Counted from the first letter of the stretch, positions 8,677-16,650 are shown. The stretch: 64,000 bases of DNA from an uncultured virus (IMG/VR IMGVR_UViG_3300037524_001600) (IMGVR_UViG_3300037524_001600); one strand, 5' to 3'. A program made the numbers and translations. Notes: generated by a model not told the origin, from the letters alone.

Positions 8677-9033
8677 TCATGTTCTGGCCTTCGACGCGTA
8701 GCACTCGGCCGGGTTGCTTTCCCGCAGCCACCTGGAGTGGAAGCAGTGCGCACACCGGTCCAGTCTCCAGGTGCCGTTGCGGCCCAGCTCCTCCGCGACG
8801 CGCGCCTCATTGCCCGGGTTGAACAGGTCGCAGAGGTCCTTGGCCGCCTCCGGGCAGAGCCCGGTCATTTTGCGCACCACCTTAACGCGCTCCACCCTGT
8901 CGGCCGGCAGCAGCGCGACTAGGTCCCGCGCCAGCTCGATCCACCGCGGCTCGATCGAGAATTCGTCGAAGTACAGCGCGGATATCCTGCCGTCCGCCAT
9001 GCTGATGCCCACTATGCTGCTGCCGATGTGCAT
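8677..9033 (-). CDS. Hypothetical protein with a C-terminal CxxC..C motif
   Basis: AGGAG SD; central segment resembles L7/L12 CTD-like 'VKVVRKMTGLCPEAAKDL'. Confidence 0.55.
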   Translation of the reverse strand: MHIGSSIVGISMADGRISALYFDEFSIEPRWIELARDLVALLPADRVERVKVVRKMTGLCPEAAKDLCDLFNPGNEARVAEELGRNGTWRLDRCAHCFHSRWLRESNPAECYASKART

Positions 9034-9113
9034 TTCTATTCTCCTATCTCAGATGTGGTCTCGGCGCGCAGGGCGCGCGTCTACTCCAGGTATCTCCTCA
9101 GCTCTCCGTCCAG

Positions 9114-9419
9114 CTAGTCCTCCTGCTCTTCGTCCTGCTCTTCTTCTTCGATGTAGCCGTCTTCCTGGTAGTCATCCCGGGTCTCCCTGTTGCGCTGGCA
9201 GAATAGCTTTGAGTAAGGGTCGCAGGTGTAGCGCCTGCAGTCCACGCGCTCGTGGTACGGCTCGTCGGGGAACGCCCTCCGCGCCGCCATGTTCGCCGAC
9301 TGCCTGGTGGGGTACAGGGTGCCCTCTATCCCATCCACCCACCACAGCTCGACTGAGAAATCGTCCTCCGGTATCTCGATCTCTCGTAGCAGGAACTGCG
9401 TCTTGGACTTGGCGGTCAC
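9114..9419 (-). CDS. Hypothetical protein with an acidic tail
   Basis: GTGA-coupled start; EEEEQDEEQED C-terminus. Confidence 0.55.
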   Translation of the reverse strand: MTAKSKTQFLLREIEIPEDDFSVELWWVDGIEGTLYPTRQSANMAARRAFPDEPYHERVDCRRYTCDPYSKLFCQRNRETRDDYQEDGYIEEEEQDEEQED

Positions 9420-9637
9420 TTGATCACCCTTATATTGAACTGTTTTGCCTTGAAGTGCCGCTCGGTGTACGCCTCCAGTCGCGCGTTCAGCGCCGTGTAC
9501 TCTTCCATCAGCGCGTCCAGCTCTGGCCCCGAGTCTATGGATGTCAGAATATCCGCTATCAGACATTTCGAGCGGAAGACCTCTACGATGATTCTGTCCT
9601 GCGTGTTCATGATACCCTTCAAACGTTCCGCGGACAT
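9416..9637 (-). CDS. Hypothetical protein
   Basis: AGGAG SD within a repeated leader. Confidence 0.55.
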   Translation of the reverse strand: MSAERLKGIMNTQDRIIVEVFRSKCLIADILTSIDSGPELDALMEEYTALNARLEAYTERHFKAKQFNIRVIK

Positions 9638-9675
9638 GGCCGCTCCTTCGTGTTGAGATGTCGTCTGAGGTATTA

Positions 9676-9972
9676 TCAGATGAAAATACCGGAAGCGGCC
9701 TCGGCGCTGGCTTTGATGCGGCTTTCCCTTGTCTGCCCGCTGACTAGTTGTCTGGCGCATTGCCTGCACGCGTACAGCGAGCGGTGGGCGTCATACGTCT
9801 CCTCGCAGCACTCGGCGTAGCACTCCAACGTGCACACCGCCTTACCCCAGCCGCAGAATTCGCATTTCTCGCCGGTTGCAGCGATCTTTCTTTTTTCGTA
9901 GAACATGCTGGACCCCTCGTCGAGCCTGGCGGACAGCCCATGGATCGCCTCGAGTATTTTCTTCGCCTTCAT
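9676..9972 (-). CDS. Cys-rich (Zn-binding) hypothetical protein
   Basis: Several CxxC pairs; AGGAG SD within a repeated leader. Confidence 0.6.
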   Translation of the reverse strand: MKAKKILEAIHGLSARLDEGSSMFYEKRKIAATGEKCEFCGWGKAVCTLECYAECCEETYDAHRSLYACRQCARQLVSGQTRESRIKASAEAASGIFI

Positions 9973-10019
9973 GCTGTCGCTCCTCGCGTTGAGATGTCGG
10001 TCGAGACGTCGTAAATCAG

Positions 10020-10325
10020 CTTATCCGAAGGACCCTCCTGGGAGGACGCTTCGGATAGCCCGTATGGCCTTCGTGCCTGAGGGTTGCCCGGGCTATGGTT
10101 TACACACCCAGCGCGGAGGCTGGCTCACTAAGACTATGACGAAGTGGCTAATGCTCTACCGGACTGAGCTACCCGCCCGTGATTTTGTGGGGGGCGGGGA
10201 GGGATTCGAACCCCCGACACTTAGCCGCATAGGTAATACCTTCCGCGCTGCCTTATTATGAGGATTTGTGGCGAGACGATGCTGCGTGACTCACAGTTCG
10301 ACGCTTACGAAGACGATTGCCACAT
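10020..10325 (-). ncRNA. Structured ncRNA containing a circularly permuted tRNA-like module (core 10146-10226; YrlA/Y-RNA-like topology)
   Basis: Minus strand order: GGCTAA-GTGTC-GGGGG TTCGAAT CCCTC-CCCGCCC-C-CCA-CAAAATCAC-GGGCGGG-TA-GCTC AGTCCGGTA GAGC-A-TTAGCC; further flanking helices; RNA ends are approximate. Confidence 0.75.
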
Positions 10326-10330
10326 TTCGC

Positions 10331-11095
10331 TCATTCGAACGGTCCCATCAGGATGTCCCTGATGGCCTTTCCTATCCTGACCTGCGTGACCTCCACGCTG
10401 TTCGCGCGCTGCCTGGCCCGCTTGATCTCGACGATCAGCTCGTCGAGAGCGGTCAGCACGTCGGCCTTCTGCAGAGTGGTGGCAGCCCCGCTTCGATGCG
10501 TGGTCTCGAACGTGCCGACCACCTCGTCGCGTGACGCCTCCTTGACCTGCGCCGGGTGCTTGTCGGTGGCCGGGGCGAGCACCACGGGGAACAGAACCTT
10601 CTGCGTCTTCGCCGTGCGGTCGGGCCCCGACACCCACACGCCCTTCGGGTCGGTCTCGTCGTGCGCCCAGCGCCGGGTGGCGTCCAGGGTGGGCATGTGG
10701 CTGAACACGTCGGCCTTCATCCGCTCCAGCCGCGCCTCCAGTCCCATCAGCTCGTCGACCGGGACGCCGGAGGCCACCACGCGCCCGCGGAACTCGATGT
10801 CCGCGAGGGCCTTCGTGTTCGTCACGTTCTTGGAGGCCAGCAGATCCTCCGCGTCGGCCCACATTCCGAGAGCGTACTCCAGCGTGGCCCCCACCGTGGA
10901 GGGCAGCGCGCGGTGCTCGGCGGCCGCCGCCTCCATCGCCGCGTTCTCGGGGCTCTCGACGATCATCCTGAGTGACTTGTCCTGGCCCCGGAAGAAATTC
11001 TCGTTCCTGAACTTGTCCCCCGTCTCCTTCATGACGGCGTTGGCGGACCCGACCACGGTCTTCTCCGCGGCGAGCAGTTCGTGCAGTTTACCCAC
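10331..11095 (-). CDS. Conserved uncharacterised protein (KLHELLA...PTLD...APATDKHPAQV...ARQRAN family; I recall it as DUF7873, unverified)
   Basis: GGAG SD before GTG at 11095; motif pattern recognised from phage/actinobacterial proteins. Confidence 0.75.
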   Translation of the reverse strand: MGKLHELLAAEKTVVGSANAVMKETGDKFRNENFFRGQDKSLRMIVESPENAAMEAAAAEHRALPSTVGATLEYALGMWADAEDLLASKNVTNTKALADIEFRGRVVASGVPVDELMGLEARLERMKADVFSHMPTLDATRRWAHDETDPKGVWVSGPDRTAKTQKVLFPVVLAPATDKHPAQVKEASRDEVVGTFETTHRSGAATTLQKADVLTALDELIVEIKRARQRANSVEVTQVRIGKAIRDILMGPFE

Positions 11096-11236
11096 GGCTA
11101 TTCTCCGATGTGTGAATGATAACATTACCGGTTACGATGCTCCGGCGCCGATAGTCTTTGCGCCCGCACCTCTCGAAAGACTGCGGGTGACCTCGGCCGG
11201 TTTCACGGGAAGGGCCAGCGCCCTTCCCGCTTGATT

Positions 11237-11413
11237 CTACAGCCAGATCCGGCGGTTGTACACGCTGCCTGCGTAGCGCGACAGGCCGCGCAGCAGCTTG
11301 TCGCCCCTCCGGCACTCGAAGTTCGACCTGGAGTCCGCGCGGCGCTCCATGCGATTGCCCCCGAGATTCTTCCTTTTCGGTACGAACTGATATTGCTTTC
11401 TTCCCTTGTACAT
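11237..11413 (-). CDS. Small basic protein (58 aa, absent from ORF track)
   Basis: GGAGGAG SD; MYKGRKQYQFVPKRKNLGGNRMERRADSR...RIWL*. Confidence 0.6.
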   Translation of the reverse strand: MYKGRKQYQFVPKRKNLGGNRMERRADSRSNFECRRGDKLLRGLSRYAGSVYNRRIWL

Positions 11414-11428
11414 GTCAGCTCCTCCGGG

Positions 11429-11662
11429 TCAGGCGCACTGCGACTGCGGGACCAGCTCGCGGCATTCGGTGTGCGAGATGACCAGCTTGGAGCCGTCGTC
11501 GAACGCCCAGGTGTCTGTGGGCGACGGCGACGGGCAGGGGTCGATCCAGTTCGTCGACCACACCAGCGTGCCGTCCAGTTCCCCCGCCATCCTCTCGGCG
11601 AGGGCCCGGCTGAACTGGCCGTGCGGAAAGGCGCGGATCTCGATCTGTTTCGCGATACTCAT
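11429..11662 (-). CDS. Hypothetical protein
   Basis: AGGAG SD (leader CACAGGAGACGCAA). Confidence 0.6.
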   Translation of the reverse strand: MSIAKQIEIRAFPHGQFSRALAERMAGELDGTLVWSTNWIDPCPSPSPTDTWAFDDGSKLVISHTECRELVPQSQCA

Positions 11663-11686
11663 TTGCGTCTCCTGTGGAGTGGGTCG

Positions 11687-11736
11687 AAAAAATTCGGGAA
11701 CCCGAGAGACTCTTTACTGGAATCTCTCGGGTTCCC
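11687..11736 (-). terminator. Intrinsic terminator-like 14-bp hairpin plus T6
   Basis: GGGAACCCGAGAGA/TCTCTCGGGTTCCC perfect stem followed by GAATTTTTT on the minus strand. Confidence 0.6.
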
Positions 11737-12066
11737 CTCTGTCGCCAGAGGGTGCCTACGCGGCACGGGGAGGCTCCCCCGATCTGGATTACGCGCGGGC
11801 CGCGCTCTCGTCGCTATCTCTGTAACTGCGGGTACCGAACACCGGTGCCAGATCCACCGGATATCAGAGCCCGCGGCTGCCGCGCCTTTGAATGGCGCGC
11901 GGCGTCTCGCCTCCTGCAGACCCGACTATCAAGACAATCGACCGGGTCTGCTGCGTTATAGCGGGCCTTTTAAAGACGTGCCCAGGTCTTCACAGGAGTC
12001 ACCGCGGGAGGACCCCCTTTGCGAGAGGCCCTCCCGGCAGCCCCCTCTCGTGGAGGGGAGCTCCCG
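11737..12066 (-). ncRNA. Candidate structured intergenic RNA (serial hairpins, two pseudoknots)
   Basis: No credible ORF; many adjacent inverted repeats; loop-complementary 7-mer; one copy of the repeated pseudoknot. Confidence 0.5.
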
Positions 12067-12068
12067 CC

Positions 12069-12191
12069 TTACGACAGCCGACCGAGTGCCTGTAGGCACT
12101 CTCTCAGCGTGTAGAACTCGCCGGCGATGACGCCCGCGTCAGATACAGCTATCCACCTTGTGCCGTGCTCCGTGACCTTCCTGCATGCCAT
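12069..12191 (-). CDS. Small protein (40 aa, absent from ORF track)
   Basis: AGGAG SD directly behind the hairpin promoter; MACRKVTEHGTRWIAVSDAG...RLS*. Confidence 0.55.
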   Translation of the reverse strand: MACRKVTEHGTRWIAVSDAGVIAGEFYTLRECLQALGRLS

Positions 12192-12208
12192 CTTGCGTCT
12201 CCTGTGAC

Positions 12209-12251
12209 GATAGGCATCTGCCTATCATATAAGATGGCGCGATCAGCGCGG
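12209..12251 (-). promoter_or_regulatory. Class I (hairpin) putative phage promoter
   Basis: GCGCCATCTTATAT-GATAGGC AGAT GCCTATC; near-identical to the copy at 36041. Confidence 0.7.
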
Positions 12252-12479
12252 GCGAACGCCGCCCTCCGGCCACAGATCGTTGAGCACGATGGCCTCTCCC
12301 CGCCTTATCCAGGAGCTGTGTAGCACGCACTCCTCTCCCCCGGCCCGGTTCCTCACCACCAGGTGTATCAGAGCGCCGCTCCTGGTGGCGGCTCCGAGCT
12401 CTACCTCCAGGCTGAATGGTCCCGCGATCAGGGCCTCCTTCTGGGCGCGCGTGAGCCTGACGAACGTCTTCATCCCCAT
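12243..12479 (-). CDS. Hypothetical protein
   Basis: ORF track; GGAG upstream. Confidence 0.5.
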   Translation of the reverse strand: MGMKTFVRLTRAQKEALIAGPFSLEVELGAATRSGALIHLVVRNRAGGEECVLHSSWIRRGEAIVLNDLWPEGGVRPR

Positions 12480-12721
12480 ACAACATCCGCTCCCCTGTCG
12501 TGTGCGACCTTGACCACCTCCAGGATCTCTGCCGCCTCCTCCCTGCACCGCCCCCCGGCGTTGGCCAGTATTATCAGCCTTCTGCGCACCGCCGGCAGAG
12601 TCTCATTGGGCCACATGCCGGGAGACTCCGGCGCCGCCCCCATGGTCTCCAGCAGGCCATACGCCTGCAAGTCCGTCAGGGAGCGGCACTCGCCGGCGCC
12701 GTACGCGAAGAACGTAACCAC
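12470..12721 (-). CDS. Hypothetical protein
   Basis: ORF track; adjacent to upstream stop. Confidence 0.5.
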   Translation of the reverse strand: MVTFFAYGAGECRSLTDLQAYGLLETMGAAPESPGMWPNETLPAVRRRLIILANAGGRCREEAAEILEVVKVAHDRGADVVWG

Positions 12722-12724
12722 GAT

Positions 12725-13288
12725 TTACGCTGCGACCTCCGGGGGCGCCGCCTTGGCGGTATTCTCCAGCCGCCACGAGCGCAGCCTCCGCAGCATCGGC
12801 GCGGCGGCCAGCGCCTGCCTCTCGGCGTCGTCCCTGGCGTTGTGCCTGGTGTGGACGGATCTCTCCGGCCACTTGTCGTCGGGGAACAGGGCCGCCAGCG
12901 TCCTGAAGCATCTGTCGTCCCGGAAGTGCCACGGGCATTTCAGCTCGGTTCTGCTGTACGCGTTCCGTATGATTATGTTGTCGAACGTCGCCCCGAAGCC
13001 CCAGACGCCCTTGCAGCCGTGCAAGCAGTAGAAGTTGGTCAGCTTGGTGAGGGCCTCGTGCAGGGTGTCCGTCCCCGCGGTGAGGATGGTCCGGGCCTCC
13101 TCCGACTGGCCCATCCACCACCTGATCGTCACGGCGTCCATCTTGCCGTGCCGCGCCGCGCTCTCGAAGGATACCTGCGACAGGAACGAGTCGAACATGC
13201 CGTCCTCGTTGAACGAGGCGGCCCCTATCTGCACGACGGCGGCGAACGGTCCGTTGCCCAGCGTCTCCAGATCCAGCATCATCTCCAT
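12725..13288 (-). CDS. DEDD-family 3'-5' exonuclease/exoribonuclease (RNase AS/exonuclease VIII-like)
   Basis: MLDLETLG (ExoI), WGFGATFD (ExoII), RCFRTL, HNARDDA (ExoIII). Confidence 0.85.
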   Translation of the reverse strand: MEMMLDLETLGNGPFAAVVQIGAASFNEDGMFDSFLSQVSFESAARHGKMDAVTIRWWMGQSEEARTILTAGTDTLHEALTKLTNFYCLHGCKGVWGFGATFDNIIIRNAYSRTELKCPWHFRDDRCFRTLAALFPDDKWPERSVHTRHNARDDAERQALAAAPMLRRLRSWRLENTAKAAPPEVAA

Positions 13289-13325
13289 CAGATTCTCCAG
13301 TCTCTCGGATGTTACTGCAGGCCCG

Positions 13326-13547
13326 TCACGACATCATGCCCATCTTTTTCAGAGCGTCCCGAATTATCAGATCGTTGACGGGATCGAAGCTGCGCTGCAG
13401 CAGCGCGTACGCGCGCACCACCGCGCCCGCGGACTCGTCGCCCGCACGGAACAGCTGCCCGATCTCTGGGCCCCTCAGTCTGAGCACCGGCATGACCTCT
13501 CTGTGAAAATTCTCGGCGGCCTCATGCCAGTTGCCGTTGATCTGCAT
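13326..13547 (-). CDS. Hypothetical protein
   Basis: GGAGGGAG SD; directly behind a class II motif. Confidence 0.6.
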   Translation of the reverse strand: MQINGNWHEAAENFHREVMPVLRLRGPEIGQLFRAGDESAGAVVRAYALLQRSFDPVNDLIIRDALKKMGMMS

Positions 13548-13564
13548 TCTCTCCCTCCGGTCTT

Positions 13565-13584
13565 GGGTTAAAATAACGGGGGAC
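13565..13584 (-). promoter_or_regulatory. Class II putative phage promoter (variant)
   Basis: Minus strand GTCCCCCGTTATTTTAACCC; intergenic. Confidence 0.5.
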
Positions 13585-13607
13585 CGCCGAACGGTCGCGA
13601 TCGAATG

Positions 13608-13844
13608 TCAGCGGGACTCCCGGAGCTTCGAGGCCACCGCCACTATGAGAGAGGCCAGCACGTCGAAATCTGTCTCGCGGCCCAGATGCACCACCTCCTC
13701 CACCATAGTGGCCGGTATATCGGTCGGCCCGCGATTCTTGCGCAGCGCCGCGCGCCCCTTTGCCAGATTCCTCCGGATGGCGGAGAGCCGCGCCTCGGTC
13801 ATCGCGCGCCCTCTGCTGTCTTTCCTGACGGATGCTTCCTCCAT
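13608..13844 (-). CDS. Hypothetical protein
   Basis: ORF track. Confidence 0.5.
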   Translation of the reverse strand: MEEASVRKDSRGRAMTEARLSAIRRNLAKGRAALRKNRGPTDIPATMVEEVVHLGRETDFDVLASLIVAVASKLRESR

Positions 13845-13847
13845 TTT

Positions 13848-14081
13848 TCACCCCTTGAATATGGATATCGACGCGGGCCCCCTGCGGTACTGCGCGTGCA
13901 GGCGGCCGTTCCTCACGTCGTACACCTCGAAGGACTCGCCCGGGACGGCCCATTTTACCAGCACCAGCGCGGAGTCCATCGCGTGCCGCAGGTGCACGTA
14001 GTTGCGCCCCCTGGCGTGCCTTCTGTGCTTGGCCTCCCAGATTCTGAACGGCCTCTTCGCGGAGCTTTTCGCCCTTTTCAT
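13848..14081 (-). CDS. Basic hypothetical protein
   Basis: GGAG SD; ATGA-coupled. Confidence 0.55.
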   Translation of the reverse strand: MKRAKSSAKRPFRIWEAKHRRHARGRNYVHLRHAMDSALVLVKWAVPGESFEVYDVRNGRLHAQYRRGPASISIFKG

Positions 14082-14299
14082 ACTCTCTCCAGTAGTCGAA
14101 GATTTCCTAGATCGTCCATCACGGCGTGGATATTCACGGACCAGGCACCCGGGTCCACCACGAGAGTCACCAGCCACTTCTCCGGCTCGCAGACCTCGTG
14201 CCACCTGTGGTATATCCAGTGCACGCCGCCGCCGTGCGTGCTGCCGGAGGCCCGGAAGTCCTCCCGGTACCCGAACACGGCGTCATATTCGCACGTCAT
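14078..14299 (-). CDS. Hypothetical protein
   Basis: ATGA-coupled. Confidence 0.5.
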   Translation of the reverse strand: MTCEYDAVFGYREDFRASGSTHGGGVHWIYHRWHEVCEPEKWLVTLVVDPGAWSVNIHAVMDDLGNLRLLERV

Positions 14300-15042
14300 G
14301 CGATCTGGTCCAGGATTTCCGTCATGCCCAGCGTGCGCTTCCAGTTGGACAGTACGGTGGGGGACTTGCCGTCGCCCTTCAGGGACTCGGTGATGGCGTT
14401 GTGGAGGCCCCACAGGTTCTTCTCGTGAGAGAATTCCGACCGGCTCGGGATCGCCCACTCGTCCAGCGCGGTGTGCAGGGACCGCGCGCCCAGCACGCCG
14501 GCCCTGTACAGCTTCGCGATCACCTGATCCCCCTCCTCCAGCGTGAGCCGCGCCCGCCTGTACCGCCCGAACCTCTGGGACTGCCTCCCGGCCAGCTCCG
14601 GCACGCGCTCGCAGGCTCTGGCGACCAGCCTGGGCATTCGGGTGTCGATGTTGCTGGTCTGCCGCGTGTGCAGGTCCACCTCCCCGGAGAAAGCCAGGTT
14701 GTCGCACACGAACACCCGGCTGCCGACCGCTATGCCCCTAGGCAGGGACTGATCGTAGCTGCCCCTCAGGCCGACCATCAGGGCGAAGTCGCCCTCGTCC
14801 CCGAGCTCCAGCAGTCCGAAGAATTGCGTGGGAACCGAGAACTCGCCGATCTGGCGGGTACGGACCCCGTAGGACTCGTCCCTGACCCGCAGCCCGAGCC
14901 CCTCCAGACTCTCCAGGACCAGTTCCACGTCCTCGATGAACGGCCGCGTCTCGTGGTTCGGACCGATCGGCATCGGGACGGGCATCCCGGCTAGCTGGTC
15001 TCTGGTAATGGCGCCGGCGCCGCAGTGCAGTAGCAGGCTCAT
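14296..15042 (-). CDS. DUF932-domain protein
   Basis: LLHCGA start; GLRGSYDQS...GSRVFVCDNLAFSG...HT; NLWGLHNAITE. Confidence 0.8.
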   Translation of the reverse strand: MSLLLHCGAGAITRDQLAGMPVPMPIGPNHETRPFIEDVELVLESLEGLGLRVRDESYGVRTRQIGEFSVPTQFFGLLELGDEGDFALMVGLRGSYDQSLPRGIAVGSRVFVCDNLAFSGEVDLHTRQTSNIDTRMPRLVARACERVPELAGRQSQRFGRYRRARLTLEEGDQVIAKLYRAGVLGARSLHTALDEWAIPSRSEFSHEKNLWGLHNAITESLKGDGKSPTVLSNWKRTLGMTEILDQIA

Positions 15043-16169
15043 TGGCCCTCCTTCGTGTTTGATCTGTTGTCTATGGTGTAGTCTTTGGTCACGGAGCCCC
15101 TCTCGCCGCTGCCTTTGATGTAGGCACTCTTCCAGACGAGCTTTACGCCGCTTTTCGTGTGATACCGTTGCGAGTGACCTCTCGTCCAGTGCTCGACGGG
15201 GCTGGCGTGGGTGCCTCCTCTGGGCTCGTACGAGACAGGATCGCTGGGCACCTCCAGCTTCAGGATCCTGAACTCGTGACACGGCACGGGCTCGTTCTCC
15301 AGCTTCCCGCCCGGCTCTCTCGCCTTGTTCTGCGGAGTTACGAACACGTTGCGACATCTGAGGGCGTCTATCAGGCTGCATACGGCGAAAATCTCCGCCT
15401 GCAGATTCTTATAGGCCAGCTCCAGCATCCCATTCATGTCCAACGGCGCAGTCGTAAACGACGTCATGGGTCTCTTGAACATGTTCAGGTATTTGACCGC
15501 GTTTTTGTCGGACCAGACCCTGTACCGAGCTGTGCCTGGTTTGCTAATGTCTCCTTCGAAGAAGATCGGCGCGTTTACGATGGACATCATGGAGAAATTC
15601 AGGCTCTTGTTGTTAAGCGCGCTGGCGATGTTTTTGACCATATTTACGATCTTGCTCTTGTCCGCCGCCAGATCTTTCAGAGAACCCAGCGGTCCGCCCT
15701 GCACTCTCTCCATCAATTCCTGATGCGTGTGTGTCCTATCGCAGATCTCCACCTGGAAGTCGCACGGCGCCCACACCGGGCCGAACTGCGTGACCGCCGG
15801 ATCGCGCATTCTGGAGATGGAATTTATGGTCACGATACGCTCTCCGTCCTCGGTGACGCTCTCCTCGGCCAGGACTATGATGTAGTCGCAGCCCACCAGC
15901 CCGGCCTCGCGGTCTCCGAACAGGTCCACCTCCATTTCCAGTACGGTCGTGGGGAACGGCAGCCTGAACGGCATCGGGAAGACCGCGTGCCTCTTGTCAC
16001 CAATCACGGCGTTTCGGGGCATCTTGAACTTGTGCGCCGTTCTGATCCGCTCAAGCAGGCTATCCCCGTAATCGGCCTCCTGCACGGCCCCGGCGGCGCG
16101 CAGTTTTTTGTTGAGGACATTATGCATGAATTTCGCTGCTTCCTTATACTTGCTGAACTCTACGTCCAT
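15039..16169 (-). CDS. Conserved hypothetical phage protein (RLPFP...GGTHASPVEHWTRGH motif)
   Basis: C-terminal SPxxHxxRGH motif recurrent in phage proteins; more AT-rich than flanks. Confidence 0.7.
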   Translation of the reverse strand: MDVEFSKYKEAAKFMHNVLNKKLRAAGAVQEADYGDSLLERIRTAHKFKMPRNAVIGDKRHAVFPMPFRLPFPTTVLEMEVDLFGDREAGLVGCDYIIVLAEESVTEDGERIVTINSISRMRDPAVTQFGPVWAPCDFQVEICDRTHTHQELMERVQGGPLGSLKDLAADKSKIVNMVKNIASALNNKSLNFSMMSIVNAPIFFEGDISKPGTARYRVWSDKNAVKYLNMFKRPMTSFTTAPLDMNGMLELAYKNLQAEIFAVCSLIDALRCRNVFVTPQNKAREPGGKLENEPVPCHEFRILKLEVPSDPVSYEPRGGTHASPVEHWTRGHSQRYHTKSGVKLVWKSAYIKGSGERGSVTKDYTIDNRSNTKEGQ

Positions 16170-16180
16170 ACCGTTTCCTG

Positions 16181-16257
16181 TGGTGGGCCGGGCGGGGCTC
16201 GAACCCGCGACCCGCGGATTATGAGTCCGCCGCTCTGACCGACTGAGCTACCGGCCC
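16181..16257 (-). tRNA. tRNA with anticodon CAT, probably tRNA-Ile2 (lysidine) rather than Met
   Basis: GGGCCGG TA GCTC AGTCGGTCA GAGC G GCGGA CTCATAA TCCGC GGGTC GCGGG TTCGAGC CCCGC CCGGCCC A CCA; paired 1:72 excludes initiator; C4:G69 and C5:G68 are TilS determinants. Confidence 0.92.
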
Positions 16258-16261
16258 CAGC

Positions 16262-16468
16262 TTAGTTTGCTGTTCTGGCCCTCCCGAAGCATTTGTCTCT
16301 GGGTCCTTCGCAGCCGTGGCACGGGTCGCGGCCCGCGTTGACCTCGTGCATCACGACCGTGCCCCCGAGCAGGCAGCGTGGAGGGACGTACCCCTGGCCC
16401 TTGGCCATTTCCAGCAGGATGTCGTCGGCATCCGGCACTCCCCGGTCGAAATAGTGCGGCTTCGTCAT
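16262..16468 (-). CDS. Cys-rich hypothetical protein (QGYVPxxCLLGG...PCxGC)
   Basis: ATGA-coupled; Cys motif. Confidence 0.6.
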   Translation of the reverse strand: MTKPHYFDRGVPDADDILLEMAKGQGYVPPRCLLGGTVVMHEVNAGRDPCHGCEGPRDKCFGRARTAN

Positions 16469-16650
16469 GGCGTGCACTTCGACTGCGGATTGCAGACTTC
16501 CTGCATGAATGCCCACACGTCCTTTGCCGAGTCGAACGGGACGTGGAGCCGGCTACCGTTGGTGAAGGTGACGGAGGCACCCGTCGGGGTCTCCTGGATG
16601 TGCGTCACATGATCCAGGTTCAGCACCGCGTTCCTGGTCAGGTACATCAT
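16465..16650 (-). CDS. Hypothetical protein
   Basis: ATGA-coupled; GGAGG upstream. Confidence 0.55.
   Translation of the reverse strand: MMYLTRNAVLNLDHVTHIQETPTGASVTFTNGSRLHVPFDSAKDVWAFMQEVCNPQSKCTP

Noticed and set aside
10146..10226. Ordinary tRNA, attachment-site remnant or two-piece tmRNA
   Set aside because: The halves are in reversed order with no anticodon loop. No integrase is present. It has a full D stem, lacks the G3:U70 alanine determinant, and shows no evident tag reading frame.
11800..11880. Hammerhead/twister ribozyme in the hairpin island
   Set aside because: CUGAUA is not followed by the CUGANGA/GAAA core, and the twister consensus pairings could not be completed by eye.
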